The notes beneath the pieces are model-generated. The model saw only the letters and a program-made list of their open reading frames with translations, made no database searches and was not told where the DNA came from. A program made the translations under genes and the position numbers. Below are positions 35,488 to 45,218 of a stretch of 64,000 bases of DNA, piece by piece (the first letter of the stretch is position 1; every line of letters starts with the position of its first letter). The stretch lies in the sequence record PP813861.1. One strand, 5' to 3'.

Positions 35488-35889
35488 TCATGCTTTTGAA
35501 AGATCATATTTAATAGCTTCATCTTTCATAGGAGTTAATACAATAGTCACTTTTTCAAAACCATGTATATCCCTACCATTATAAGAAATATCAATACTCT
35601 CCCAATCCTGGTTAACTACTTCAGCATGAAGAATATTTTTAATATTGATAGCATCTGTTTTATCAAACCATTTAAAAACCTTTGGGTTAAATACAAGTTC
35701 GAAAGTAGTTTGATATGGATAGCTTTTCTGTTTAACAAGCCTACTAGATGCTAGTGATGTATTCTCAATATTTCGAATAACATCAATCATTGCTTTACGG
35801 ATAGTAAGTAATTTACTTTTCAGAACCAAATCAATAAATGCTGGATCAGTTGTCATTACTTCTTTTACAGATGGAAATGTGATTTCCAT
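35488..35889 (-). CDS. hypothetical protein
   Basis: 133 aa, GAGGA RBS. Confidence 0.75.
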   Translation of the reverse strand: MEITFPSVKEVMTTDPAFIDLVLKSKLLTIRKAMIDVIRNIENTSLASSRLVKQKSYPYQTTFELVFNPKVFKWFDKTDAINIKNILHAEVVNQDWESIDISYNGRDIHGFEKVTIVLTPMKDEAIKYDLSKA

Positions 35890-35905
35890 AGCATCCTCTT
35901 ATAGG

Positions 35906-36082
35906 TTAATTATTAAAAGATAAATCATAATCACTTTGTCTGCGATTCGGATTAACAGGATCAGGATATTTTCCAGTTTTGATAACTTCTTTTATAGCTC
36001 TAAAATCACGTTCTAGAAAATCTAGTTTTTTAACTAACTCTTTTTCTAATTCTTTATTGAGTAGTCTTCTTAATTTGCTCAT
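35906..36082 (-). CDS. small protein (58 aa; below ORF-track cutoff)
   Basis: MSKLRRLLNKELEKELVKKLDFLERDFRAIKEVIKTGKYP...; fills the operon gap. Confidence 0.55.
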   Translation of the reverse strand: MSKLRRLLNKELEKELVKKLDFLERDFRAIKEVIKTGKYPDPVNPNRRQSDYDLSFNN

Positions 36083-36449
36083 CTACGTATACTCTTACAA
36101 TGAACCAATTGATTAGGCCAAAACCTTTTGGTGTGATGGTAATGTCATCTTTATATCCATTTTTAGTGATTACATTACGTAATACTTTAATTGCTTCAGG
36201 TGGAATAAGATTAGCATTACCGGTAACACTATACTCGAAATAATAACCTACACCTGGTAAATAACCTGATGCAATCTGGTTAGTACCTGTGATATTACTA
36301 ACGTGTTGGAAGTCACTAAAAGCATTCTTGTAGAATAACAAAATATTAGGAATTACTTCATCCCTAATAGTAGAACTAGTAATGGCATCCGCCGATGGAA
36401 AATAAGGTACTAATTCATCTGTTACATTGGTGCTATTAATATCGGACAT
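36054..36449 (-). CDS. hypothetical early protein
   Basis: 131 aa, GAGGA RBS, follows TATATTAC promoter. Confidence 0.75.
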   Translation of the reverse strand: MSDINSTNVTDELVPYFPSADAITSSTIRDEVIPNILLFYKNAFSDFQHVSNITGTNQIASGYLPGVGYYFEYSVTGNANLIPPEAIKVLRNVITKNGYKDDITITPKGFGLINWFIVRVYVDEQIKKTTQ

Positions 36450-36495
36450 AATCTTTTCCTCATTATAAAAGGATAAATATCTTTATGGTAATCCT

Positions 36496-36525
36496 GTAAT
36501 ATAGATTTAAATTAATTTATAATGA
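36496..36525 (-). promoter_or_regulatory. phiKZ-type early promoter
   Basis: Minus strand ...AATTTAAATCTATATTAC. Confidence 0.75.
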
Positions 36526-36531
36526 ATGGCA

Positions 36532-36558
36532 TAAAGGAGCCCCTGGTGGGCTCCTTTA
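36532..36558 (-). terminator. intrinsic terminator
   Basis: TAAAGGAGCCC-CTGGT-GGGCTCCTTTA. Confidence 0.8.
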
Positions 36559-36564
36559 ATGTAA

Positions 36565-36735
36565 TAGGTCCGACCCCTATCTAGAGGTCGGTGAGTAGCA
36601 AGGCACCGTAGTTGGGGTTCGTGTCGTTCCTGACGATACTTTAGTACCCCGGTTTATTTACGACTGGATCACCCCCTTAAAGTGCAGTGCGTTTTACGCA
36701 AACTGCCTTGCTCTATATCATTGCACTGTGCGTAT
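36565..36735. ncRNA. candidate structured non-coding RNA (family unassigned; minus strand slightly favoured)
   Basis: GC-rich ORF-free interval with nested helices: 36597-36605/36704-36712, 36570-75/36586-91, 36688-92/36696-700, 36614-18/36646-50. Confidence 0.4.
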
Positions 36736-36799
36736 TTTTATTCGTTAGCTAATCTTATGACTTAGAGTTATATTTACATACCCCTTAAGGAAAAATGCA

Positions 36800-38911
36800 A
36801 TGATAGACTCATTTAGGAAGCTAATGGGCTCGCTATCAATTACTGAAACTGATCAAGAAATTATCATCAGTGGTTTTGATGGTGCTGCATTCATTAGAGA
36901 TATTAACAAGTATTGGCGAACCACTAAATTAGCTACGCAGTTATTTAACACGGTTAGTCGTCGTAGTATTTCATTTTATAAATTCTTTGCTCCTGAAATA
37001 TATTACATGCTAGAAGCAGTAAAGAATTATAGAAGTAGATACATCTCTATTAAAACTGTTAATGCCATCCGTGAAGCAATGCTTCAATATACCTGGTTAA
37101 AAAATACTCGTCCTGTAGATACCAACTCTGTACCAGGTAGACTCAATTTCAAGATGTTAGACAAATTGACATTTACACCAGATGAGTCTCAAAAAGCTTA
37201 TTTTGAAAATTATAATTATCGAATTGACCAGTATGGTTTACGTGGTGATATTGTTGCAGGTAAACCTGGTACTGGTAAGACATTCATGACGATGGCTATT
37301 GCTGAAATGGTTGAGTCGGATATCATTATAGTTGTTTGTGAAAAGAAGTCTATTGATCTAATATGGAAGCCATCTATTATTGAGATGTATAAGGAAAGAC
37401 AAAAAGTATGGTCGACCATTGATGATAAAGCCTACAACGGTCAAAGAATACTTATATCCCATTACCAGGCGCAAGATAAAATAATTGATCTATTAAGAAG
37501 CGGTATATTCAAAGGTAAGAACATTACGGTGATTCTGGATGAATCACACAATATGAACGATCCTAATTCTGCACAATCTCTTAAGTTCCAGCAAATATGT
37601 TTTATGTCTAACTCTAATAACAGATTATTAGCGTCAGGTACCCCTGTTAAAGCACTTGGTTCTGAATTAGTAAGTGCATTAAGAGTATTAGACGATCTCT
37701 TCACCAATGAGGTTGAAGAACGTTTTAAGAAAGCATTTGGAAAAGAGACACAGAAAGGATTAGATATTGTCCAACATCGCTTTGGGTTAATTGCGTACGT
37801 CATTGAAAAGAAAGATACTGAGGTTTTACCACCGAGGATAAAAGCGTATCGTATCAAGATACCAAATGGATCACAGTATACTCTTAATGCCATTAAACGT
37901 GATTGTGAAGCTTTTATTAGAGAACGTGTAAAGTTCTATGCTGCGCGCCGACCAGAAGATGAGAAGTATTGGGCTAAACTAATGGCGATACACGAGAACT
38001 CTCTTAAGACCCAGGCGCAGAAAGATGGTTTCGCTCGCTATAAGAATTTGATTAAAATAATTCAGAAGAATCAAGACCCGCGATACATTGGTGAAGAAAT
38101 TAAAGAATCTAACCAATATGAAAAAATGTTTATAGAGCCAACTTTACCTCGTAATGAAATAGCTGCTTTTAGAGATATTAAATCAGTTATAAAATACGTT
38201 ATGCTAAAGATACAAGGTGAATGTTTGGGAAGGGTTTTAGGTGCTAAACGCATTCAGTGCCATGTGGACATGGTACCGTATATTGACTGGGTTGGTATCA
38301 CTGAATCAACTATGAAGAAAACGATTGCATTTACATCGTTTGTTGAGGTTGTTGATACTGTTGATAAGTACACCAATAAATTAGGTATGCATCCGGCGGT
38401 GGTGTATGGTAAAACCAATGACAATTTACCTCAAATAATCAGTAGATTTGAGAAAGACCCTAAATTAAATCCATTGGTAGCTACATATGCTTCCCTTTCA
38501 ACAGCGGTCCGTATGACGATGGCTGATACTATGGTGACAATTAATTCACCGTTTAGGCATTACATTCTAGAACAAGCTATTGCTCGAATTTACCGTAAAG
38601 GTCAGGATTCACAAACAGTCGTATATCAATGTACTCTCGATACAGAAGATGAACCGAATATCTCAACAAGGTCAGATGACATTCTAAAATGGAGTCAGGC
38701 AATGGTTGAAGCTATTATGGGTATTAAATCTCCATTTGAGATCACAGAGTCATTAGAAAGTTATGTTGATAAAAATAATAATTTTGATGAAAATAAAATC
38801 ATTTATCAGATGCTAAAAGAATCATTTGAGAAGTATGATATCGCAATTGATTTTAATGACTTTGATACACGTATGTATAAACCATATCAGCCCGCATATA
38901 TGCGGTTTTAA
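36800..38911 (+). CDS. SF2 (DExH) helicase, phiKZ gp203-like
   Basis: GKPGTGKT, LDESH, SGTP, QAIARIYRKGQ motifs. Confidence 0.9.
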   Translation: MIDSFRKLMGSLSITETDQEIIISGFDGAAFIRDINKYWRTTKLATQLFNTVSRRSISFYKFFAPEIYYMLEAVKNYRSRYISIKTVNAIREAMLQYTWLKNTRPVDTNSVPGRLNFKMLDKLTFTPDESQKAYFENYNYRIDQYGLRGDIVAGKPGTGKTFMTMAIAEMVESDIIIVVCEKKSIDLIWKPSIIEMYKERQKVWSTIDDKAYNGQRILISHYQAQDKIIDLLRSGIFKGKNITVILDESHNMNDPNSAQSLKFQQICFMSNSNNRLLASGTPVKALGSELVSALRVLDDLFTNEVEERFKKAFGKETQKGLDIVQHRFGLIAYVIEKKDTEVLPPRIKAYRIKIPNGSQYTLNAIKRDCEAFIRERVKFYAARRPEDEKYWAKLMAIHENSLKTQAQKDGFARYKNLIKIIQKNQDPRYIGEEIKESNQYEKMFIEPTLPRNEIAAFRDIKSVIKYVMLKIQGECLGRVLGAKRIQCHVDMVPYIDWVGITESTMKKTIAFTSFVEVVDTVDKYTNKLGMHPAVVYGKTNDNLPQIISRFEKDPKLNPLVATYASLSTAVRMTMADTMVTINSPFRHYILEQAIARIYRKGQDSQTVVYQCTLDTEDEPNISTRSDDILKWSQAMVEAIMGIKSPFEITESLESYVDKNNNFDENKIIYQMLKESFEKYDIAIDFNDFDTRMYKPYQPAYMRF

Positions 38912-38922
38912 AGGAGACAGAA

Positions 38923-39393
38923 ATGTCTGATCCACATTCATCTAATACTGGTGAAGATCTTATTCTTGGGCCTGAAGCCACCAGTGAAGAAATGTATAAT
39001 GCGATTTTAAGGTGGGTTGACAAAGTAACAACCATCCTAGAATCTGGTGGTGGCCCTGGTCCAGGTCCTAGTACTGGTTTAAAACCAATTCTATTTCAAA
39101 CTGGTACATTAAACCCAGGAGATGTAGTTACTTATGATCTTTCCAAAGTTATTACTTCTATGGGTGATTATACTCTGGCTACATCCATCGTTGATCTCAA
39201 GATTATCGACCCTGAAACTACTAGTCCTACTAGTGGTAAGCTTATTAGCGCTTCTGCTAGTATTGGTTGGGATCTCGATTCATCTACAGGGATTTTAAAT
39301 ATCCGTGGGTATAGCCTGTCTGTACCAATCACTTATTATATTCGAGTTGACTCACCTATTAAGACGGCTGATATTCCCGTGTATACCCCGTAA
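38923..39393 (+). CDS. putative virion protein
   Basis: 156 aa, AAGGAG RBS, co-transcribed with helicase; virion role inferred from synteny. Confidence 0.65.
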   Translation: MSDPHSSNTGEDLILGPEATSEEMYNAILRWVDKVTTILESGGGPGPGPSTGLKPILFQTGTLNPGDVVTYDLSKVITSMGDYTLATSIVDLKIIDPETTSPTSGKLISASASIGWDLDSSTGILNIRGYSLSVPITYYIRVDSPIKTADIPVYTP

Positions 39394-39403
39394 GGAGTGA
39401 GAA

Positions 39404-41353
39404 ATGCCTTCTATTGTCCCGTCGCAAGTGCCGGGTCCTGTGGCACTAAACTCTAAAGTTAAATTTAACTTTAGTTCAGATATTCAGAAGGTGTATTATA
39501 CAGTGAGCCCGGAGTTACCTCCGGTGCTCTCTGAATACATTGCTTATGATGGTGACCCTGCAACAGGTGGTAGTCCATTTATTGCTGTTGTGCAAGATGG
39601 CACTGGTAATGTTCTTTATGATTGTAGTTTTCCAAAATTCTATAATTTAAACTATGATACTTACCAAATTCCGGCTAATACAACAAACCCTCAAGATCTA
39701 TGGGGATGGGTAAGATATTTTTATAATGCTATTGGGTTTATTAGGAATGGTAGTAAGTACGAATCAACTGGAAAGAAATTCTTAGTAATCACAGATAGTA
39801 ATCCTAGTGAACCTTATTCAGTCCTCAATACGTCAGGTAATGGTTTTAAAAAGATACTAGATACGGCTGCTCGTGTACAAGATTCTACCTATGATGTTTA
39901 TTACCCAGAAATGATGGGTGGCACAGTAGACCTTACTTTAACAGATCTTAATAAGTATTATGCATGTATTCTATTCTCTACTAAAGATCATAATACTGGT
40001 GCATTAACTCCTGAAAGAGTGAGTCAGGCGACTATTGATAATCTAGCTACTTGGCGTAAATCGGGTAATGGTATCTTTGTTATAACTGATTCTGCTTCAA
40101 GAGATTACACTAATATTGAAGATGCTAAAGAAAATAATGGTAGTTTTGCATTTACCGCTAATAGACTAGCCTTTAATTTTGGTTCTTATTTCTCTGGTGT
40201 TGTTGATAGGTCAGATGTTCAATATACTGTAAATCAGATGCTAAGCTGGTCACCAAAAGCTGCATCATCTGGTTTGTTTACAGGTATGAATAAATCTATT
40301 GGTAATGGTCAAGTAACTGACTTTGTTATCAAAGGTGATTCAAGTGAAAGTGAGATTAAGCTTGTTACTTTCCCAGCGTATAACAAAGAAGATATTCCTG
40401 AATTTACCTTCGATCATACTGGCGAGTACATTTACAATTTTCTTTGTACGACATCTGAAAATCCTAATAAACCGTATGCTATTTCATTTAGATTCCAAGT
40501 TGGTGTAGATGATGGTATCTTTGTTGCACGTGATAATGGCCAAGCTATTGATACTACTCAGATACTAACAGCTAAGCGTTATTTTGATCTTAATCTAGGT
40601 TACTCAAATGGTACTGACCATCAGGATTATCTAGGCGATATTCAAATAAATGGCTATTTAGTTGGATCATTCTTATTTAGTCAGGGCATTACTCAGTGGG
40701 ATCTGATAACTCATGGATCAACTCTTTTAATCCATGATAATGATCAGATACGTATTAACGTACGTGTACCTTATACTTACACAATGCAGCATCAAGTGGT
40801 ACTTAGTTCAAAACCTGCTTCTCTTTATAATGAAGCATCCCTTATAGGTACAATGGCATGGGATGATTATAAAGGGATAAGTAAAGCTAAAATTTATGAA
40901 TATATTAATCTTAGCATGACCAAGTATATGTATCGTGTAGCGAATGCATATAAGAATAACATTAATATAAAACCAATAGTATTGACTGCATTACGCCGTA
41001 CATTCCTTGGTGAGACATTAAATACAGCTAATGTATATGTTTATGATAATAACTCCACATGGGGTAAACTATCACAACGTGTCCAGAACGGACGACATGG
41101 TGATATTGTTATCTTTGCAGATACTTCTAAAGTTGTCCAGTATGATGAACTGGCTTCAACACCTGGCTGGTATGTAATGAAAGATCCAGGATTAGCTGAT
41201 GTAACAGTAGCTAAACTAGTTCCATTCTTTGGAAATAACCGAGCTATTAAAAATAGGTTAAAGACTGGTGACATTCTTGATGAGACCACTGGTCAACCAA
41301 TTTCTTTCCATGCTAATTGGAAAATAGAAAATGATAAACTTGTAAAAGTTTAA
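39404..41353 (+). CDS. putative virion structural protein
   Basis: 649 aa, beta-rich N/G/T/S composition, AAGGAG RBS. Confidence 0.7.
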   Translation: MPSIVPSQVPGPVALNSKVKFNFSSDIQKVYYTVSPELPPVLSEYIAYDGDPATGGSPFIAVVQDGTGNVLYDCSFPKFYNLNYDTYQIPANTTNPQDLWGWVRYFYNAIGFIRNGSKYESTGKKFLVITDSNPSEPYSVLNTSGNGFKKILDTAARVQDSTYDVYYPEMMGGTVDLTLTDLNKYYACILFSTKDHNTGALTPERVSQATIDNLATWRKSGNGIFVITDSASRDYTNIEDAKENNGSFAFTANRLAFNFGSYFSGVVDRSDVQYTVNQMLSWSPKAASSGLFTGMNKSIGNGQVTDFVIKGDSSESEIKLVTFPAYNKEDIPEFTFDHTGEYIYNFLCTTSENPNKPYAISFRFQVGVDDGIFVARDNGQAIDTTQILTAKRYFDLNLGYSNGTDHQDYLGDIQINGYLVGSFLFSQGITQWDLITHGSTLLIHDNDQIRINVRVPYTYTMQHQVVLSSKPASLYNEASLIGTMAWDDYKGISKAKIYEYINLSMTKYMYRVANAYKNNINIKPIVLTALRRTFLGETLNTANVYVYDNNSTWGKLSQRVQNGRHGDIVIFADTSKVVQYDELASTPGWYVMKDPGLADVTVAKLVPFFGNNRAIKNRLKTGDILDETTGQPISFHANWKIENDKLVKV

Positions 41354-41361
41354 CGGCATAA

Positions 41362-41382
41362 GCCCTCCCGCAATGGGAGGGC
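41362..41382. terminator. bidirectional terminator between convergent genes
   Basis: GCCCTCCC-GCAAT-GGGAGGGC. Confidence 0.8.
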
Positions 41383-41393
41383 ATTATGTTGTT

Positions 41394-42053
41394 TTAACCA
41401 CGCGTTATATTAAATAACCGTCTTTTCTGATCAAGTAATAAAATAGCGCTTGTGGTAATTTTAATGTTAAACCTACGTTTAGCTAAACTCTGAGCTACTA
41501 GTTCAATAGCATCAACTAGATCGATTGATTCTATATCACCTGTATTTTTAGATTTACTAATTGGTTTACTAAGAATTTTCCATCCCTTAGTAAAATTACT
41601 AGCTGATGGCTTTTGACCTATCTTGCTACGAAAAAATAGTCCAACTAATTTACTAGCCAGTTCACGTGGATCATTAAAATCTGCTTCTGGTGAATGTAAG
41701 GTAATATTACTGTTTGCCAGGAATTCATGGTTCTCCGCACGATCCTCGATAGTTTTAGCACGTGGATCAAAATCCCAACAATTAACAGTTATATTTACGT
41801 CATTACCATTACGACGTAGATCAATACATCTAACGAAATCAGTCATGTCAAACTTACGTTCAACATCACGCATGTCATTAGCAATCTTCTCTAATTCATC
41901 GTTATCAGTAATACCAACTTGCTTAGTAATATCAAAAGTCAAATCGGCTAAAACGGATTGAGGAAAACTGGTTGCGATCAGCAAACGCAGTACGATTTCT
42001 GGACGACTTTTTCTATATTTGTCGCCTGACATCTTCTCAAAGGTGTTAGTCAT
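41394..42053 (-). CDS. hypothetical protein
   Basis: 219-aa ORF. Confidence 0.75.
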   Translation of the reverse strand: MTNTFEKMSGDKYRKSRPEIVLRLLIATSFPQSVLADLTFDITKQVGITDNDELEKIANDMRDVERKFDMTDFVRCIDLRRNGNDVNITVNCWDFDPRAKTIEDRAENHEFLANSNITLHSPEADFNDPRELASKLVGLFFRSKIGQKPSASNFTKGWKILSKPISKSKNTGDIESIDLVDAIELVAQSLAKRRFNIKITTSAILLLDQKRRLFNITRG

Positions 42054-42072
42054 GATGGCTATCCCAAAAAGG

Positions 42073-42504
42073 TTAGTTCACACCATTTAAACGCTCCCAG
42101 TCATCTAGAGTTGCACGAGCATCAAATAGTGCGTTGTGAAGCATTTTAGAACCTTTTCCACTTAGCTCATGATTTAATTCAAATATAGTTGGTAACTCAA
42201 CAACTTGTTTACCTTTACCCATATCCATAGCTTTACCAGTGTAAACCATATCGTTAACATGATTAGCTATAAAATGTAATCGAGCAAACTGACCAAGAAA
42301 CTTGGCTAGTCTATCATGGAATTCTTCTAAAGAGATTGGTTCTTTTTGAAGAATAGGAATAACGTTTTCTTTAACCCATTCATCTTCAATATTGTCATAT
42401 GGTAGAACTTCGTAGAATTCACAACGTCGATCTTCACTAACAATACCGAGTGAAATAAGAGTACCAGTAGGCGTATCAAATTCTGTATCAACAAAAAGTA
42501 ACAT
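42073..42504 (-). CDS. DEDDh 3'-5' exonuclease/exoribonuclease
   Basis: FVDTEF (Exo I), NHVND, HNALFDAR (Exo III). Confidence 0.85.
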   Translation of the reverse strand: MLLFVDTEFDTPTGTLISLGIVSEDRRCEFYEVLPYDNIEDEWVKENVIPILQKEPISLEEFHDRLAKFLGQFARLHFIANHVNDMVYTGKAMDMGKGKQVVELPTIFELNHELSGKGSKMLHNALFDARATLDDWERLNGVN

Positions 42505-42560
42505 AGTAGTTTTCCTTATACGAAAGTCTTATCATAACAATAATGCACTTACGTCAAAAA

Positions 42561-42583
42561 GAGAGAACCATGGCGGTTCTCTC
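42561..42583 (-). terminator. intrinsic terminator
   Basis: GAGAGAACC-ATGGC-GGTTCTCTC. Confidence 0.7.
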
Positions 42584-42594
42584 CTATAAAAGTA

Positions 42595-43083
42595 TTAGAC
42601 TTTTAGTCCACGAATATTGAAGATTATTTGACAAGCTGCAATTATTCTATTTCTAGAAATCTTTACAGGAATTTTATAGTGATTGAGTACAGCTTTAGGA
42701 TTCTCAACACTCATCAATTCTTTAAGTAATTCGTCGCTAATTTTATTATGTGTCAGGACAAAGGTTGCGACATCGTGGTCCCAGCATCGTTTTATTGCAC
42801 TACAAGCACGAATATACTTCTCAGCTAATTCGGGGCTAAAATCTAATGCTTCTAGCCATTTCTTACGACCAGCAGTGTAAATCACTCGTGTACGAGTATT
42901 CGATGGGACAGCTACAATATAACCTGTACCTGGTGTCCTACGCTCTTCAATGGGTCTGATGTTCCAATCACCAATCATCCTAATTAATGTAGATAGATCA
43001 TCATTAGCACCATAGTAACCAATAGGTAAACCTAAACTCACTTGTGTATCTATCTGGTCTACAGTTTGATGTGTAATAACCAT
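42595..43083 (-). CDS. hypothetical protein
   Basis: 162-aa ORF. Confidence 0.75.
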   Translation of the reverse strand: MVITHQTVDQIDTQVSLGLPIGYYGANDDLSTLIRMIGDWNIRPIEERRTPGTGYIVAVPSNTRTRVIYTAGRKKWLEALDFSPELAEKYIRACSAIKRCWDHDVATFVLTHNKISDELLKELMSVENPKAVLNHYKIPVKISRNRIIAACQIIFNIRGLKV

Positions 43084-43191
43084 TGTAGTTCTCTTCCCAA
43101 TAGGGTTTTATAAACTTCCACAAGACTAAACTCCATTATAGCCCTATCAGATTGGGTAATAAAACTTAACAAAAAAAATATTAAACATAAA

Positions 43192-43213
43192 ACCCTCTCC
43201 CGAAGGAGAGGGT
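43192..43213 (-). terminator. intrinsic terminator, UUCG loop
   Basis: ACCCTCTCC-CGAA-GGAGAGGGT. Confidence 0.85.
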
Positions 43214-43224
43214 AATATATAACT

Positions 43225-43587
43225 TTATCCATACATTACGAAAGGTACTTCGTAAACAATTAGATAAGTATACATCAGTTTAAAACCAATGTGTAACCAC
43301 TGATCTTGATTAAATGTAATTTTATTATCACATTTTAAATAATCAATAATGCAATGAGCAATTGCTTCAATAAGTCCTAAAACTAATGAACCAGTGATGA
43401 AATAAACTGCACCGCCATGCATAAAACTATGCGCGGGTAATACCCATTTCCAGTATAGCGAACCTAGTTCAGTAGTATGATTTTTAGCCTTTGCAATGAA
43501 ATCATTTTGCAATGAAAAATCAAAGATGAAGTGTGCCACAATTAAACCAAAGAATAATGCCATTGAGCTGACACTGATTAATTCCAT
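43225..43587 (-). CDS. DUF3307-family integral membrane protein
   Basis: AHFIFDFSLQ, HSFMH, HCIID, DQWLH motifs. Confidence 0.8.
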   Translation of the reverse strand: MELISVSSMALFFGLIVAHFIFDFSLQNDFIAKAKNHTTELGSLYWKWVLPAHSFMHGGAVYFITGSLVLGLIEAIAHCIIDYLKCDNKITFNQDQWLHIGFKLMYTYLIVYEVPFVMYG

Positions 43588-43598
43588 TTTATTTCCGC

Positions 43599-43961
43599 CT
43601 AGAAAGGTATTTCATCTTCAACAATGTGTGAATAGTCGATATTATGTTTTTTACATAATTCTTTAAACTTATTTAATTTAGTTTCAGTTTCTAATAGATC
43701 AGAATGTAACTTTGTCTTATAGTTTTTTCCGAAGTCAGCTGGGTTGAATACGGAATTGTAATAAGCATGTATCTCAGAATATTCTTTCTTTATAAAATCA
43801 ATAAATTTTGGATCATTGCCGTCGCCAAGATAACTAATTAAATGACCTAGATCATAATTCTGTCGTCTAGCTGCTTTTAATATAAGTTCATTAATCTCAA
43901 TTAATTCAGACGTATTACACCGCCTTCTTTTAAAATATCGGATAACTTTATTAAATAGCAT
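43599..43961 (-). CDS. hypothetical protein
   Basis: 120-aa ORF. Confidence 0.7.
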   Translation of the reverse strand: MLFNKVIRYFKRRRCNTSELIEINELILKAARRQNYDLGHLISYLGDGNDPKFIDFIKKEYSEIHAYYNSVFNPADFGKNYKTKLHSDLLETETKLNKFKELCKKHNIDYSHIVEDEIPF

Positions 43962-43962
43962 A

Positions 43963-44337
43963 TTAAGTAATCCCTAGCCATTGTAAATATCCACTATCAC
44001 TTAATCCACGATAATAATCATCTTTATTTTTACGTAAATAACAATAAACTATTTTACCCATTAATTGATAACTAGTTTCATTATCAAAGATAAATTCTTT
44101 TTCTAATCTATTATTACTATCCACTAATGAGATTACTACATTACCGTAACGTACTGTTAATTTCACAGTTCTAGTGGAATCAGCATCATGAAAGATATAA
44201 GTCAACCCATAATTCAATTCATTATTTAATACTTGAATACTAGTAGACCTATCAGATTTAATCTGAAGTGGATGTTCGACAATCGCCTTGAATGCTTTAT
44301 TGCATAAGAGAATGTTTTGTATTTTTAATGAATCCAT
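43963..44337 (-). CDS. hypothetical protein
   Basis: 124-aa ORF. Confidence 0.7.
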   Translation of the reverse strand: MDSLKIQNILLCNKAFKAIVEHPLQIKSDRSTSIQVLNNELNYGLTYIFHDADSTRTVKLTVRYGNVVISLVDSNNRLEKEFIFDNETSYQLMGKIVYCYLRKNKDDYYRGLSDSGYLQWLGIT

Positions 44338-44486
44338 GACATTACCTGATTTAGTATTTATAATTTACCTATATCGAATTAGAATTAGGTAATAGTGGGT
44401 TGACTCAGTAGTCTTCAATCTAATCAGATCAGTGTTTAGACTGAGATTGAGTATTAAGCTGTAGTGACACTTTAATCAATGACGTA

Positions 44487-44843
44487 TTATGGATTCCCGG
44501 CAAGCCAGTTTACTGCACATGTTGCTGCTTCATCAAATTGATTCAATGAGAATTTGGTTATCCGAACAGCCTGTGCCATATTAAGAACTTTAAATTCACT
44601 ATCACCAGACTCAATATAAGATATCATGGCATGATGATCATTACTAGTATCATAAACTGCAATGCGGATATCCTTGCCCCTTTCAACCACATATGCGATA
44701 GATCGTTTTGTTACAGGGTTATCGATGACATTAACTGTTTCACGTAATGTAGCGTCAATCTGGGATGCATTAATATGGGTACTAATAGCATTCAGCAAAT
44801 AATGTTCAATCTGTCGCCCTGTTTCAAGAGTTAGAGAACCCAT
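44487..44843 (-). CDS. hypothetical protein
   Basis: 118 aa, AGGAG RBS. Confidence 0.75.
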   Translation of the reverse strand: MGSLTLETGRQIEHYLLNAISTHINASQIDATLRETVNVIDNPVTKRSIAYVVERGKDIRIAVYDTSNDHHAMISYIESGDSEFKVLNMAQAVRITKFSLNQFDEAATCAVNWLAGNP

Positions 44844-44855
44844 TGTAATCTCCTT

Positions 44856-45218
44856 TTAGAATCCAATATAATCTAGGAACCCATGGTAATCGAATGTTCG
44901 TGTTGGGATACTTGTATCCGAAAAGAACGTATTTATTTGTTTAGCTAATTCAGTATGGTGATGTGAATTATCTTTGTTGATCTTAGTAACCACTTTCTCA
45001 TCAAAGAAATAGGTTACGCACATATTTAGTGGTTTATCTATATTGATTTCAACAACTACCTTACGAACCGTATCCTCAGACAAGAGTGTACACTTAGCGC
45101 CCCACGGTGAAACCTCTATTTTAATGTCTACATGAGGCTTGAGGTTATCATGATATTTCGTGAGTTCCTTCAATACATCATCCATCGTTTGGATGAGCTT
45201 TATATTGGTAATATTCAT
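44856..45218 (-). CDS. hypothetical protein
   Basis: 120 aa, TAATG coupling. Confidence 0.7.
   Translation of the reverse strand: MNITNIKLIQTMDDVLKELTKYHDNLKPHVDIKIEVSPWGAKCTLLSEDTVRKVVVEINIDKPLNMCVTYFFDEKVVTKINKDNSHHHTELAKQINTFFSDTSIPTRTFDYHGFLDYIGF

Noticed and set aside
36565-36735. Assignment of the structured element to SRP RNA, tRNA, hammerhead, HDV-like ribozyme or a known riboswitch
   Set aside because: Diagnostic motifs (SRP GGAAGG-AAGCAG, T-loop, CUGANGA/GAAA, HDV P1.1 and C75 context) were not found by eye
44340-44485. Weak hairpin (TCAATCT/AGATTGA) in the intergenic gap
   Set aside because: AT-rich and short, with no terminator or promoter context; compatible with chance
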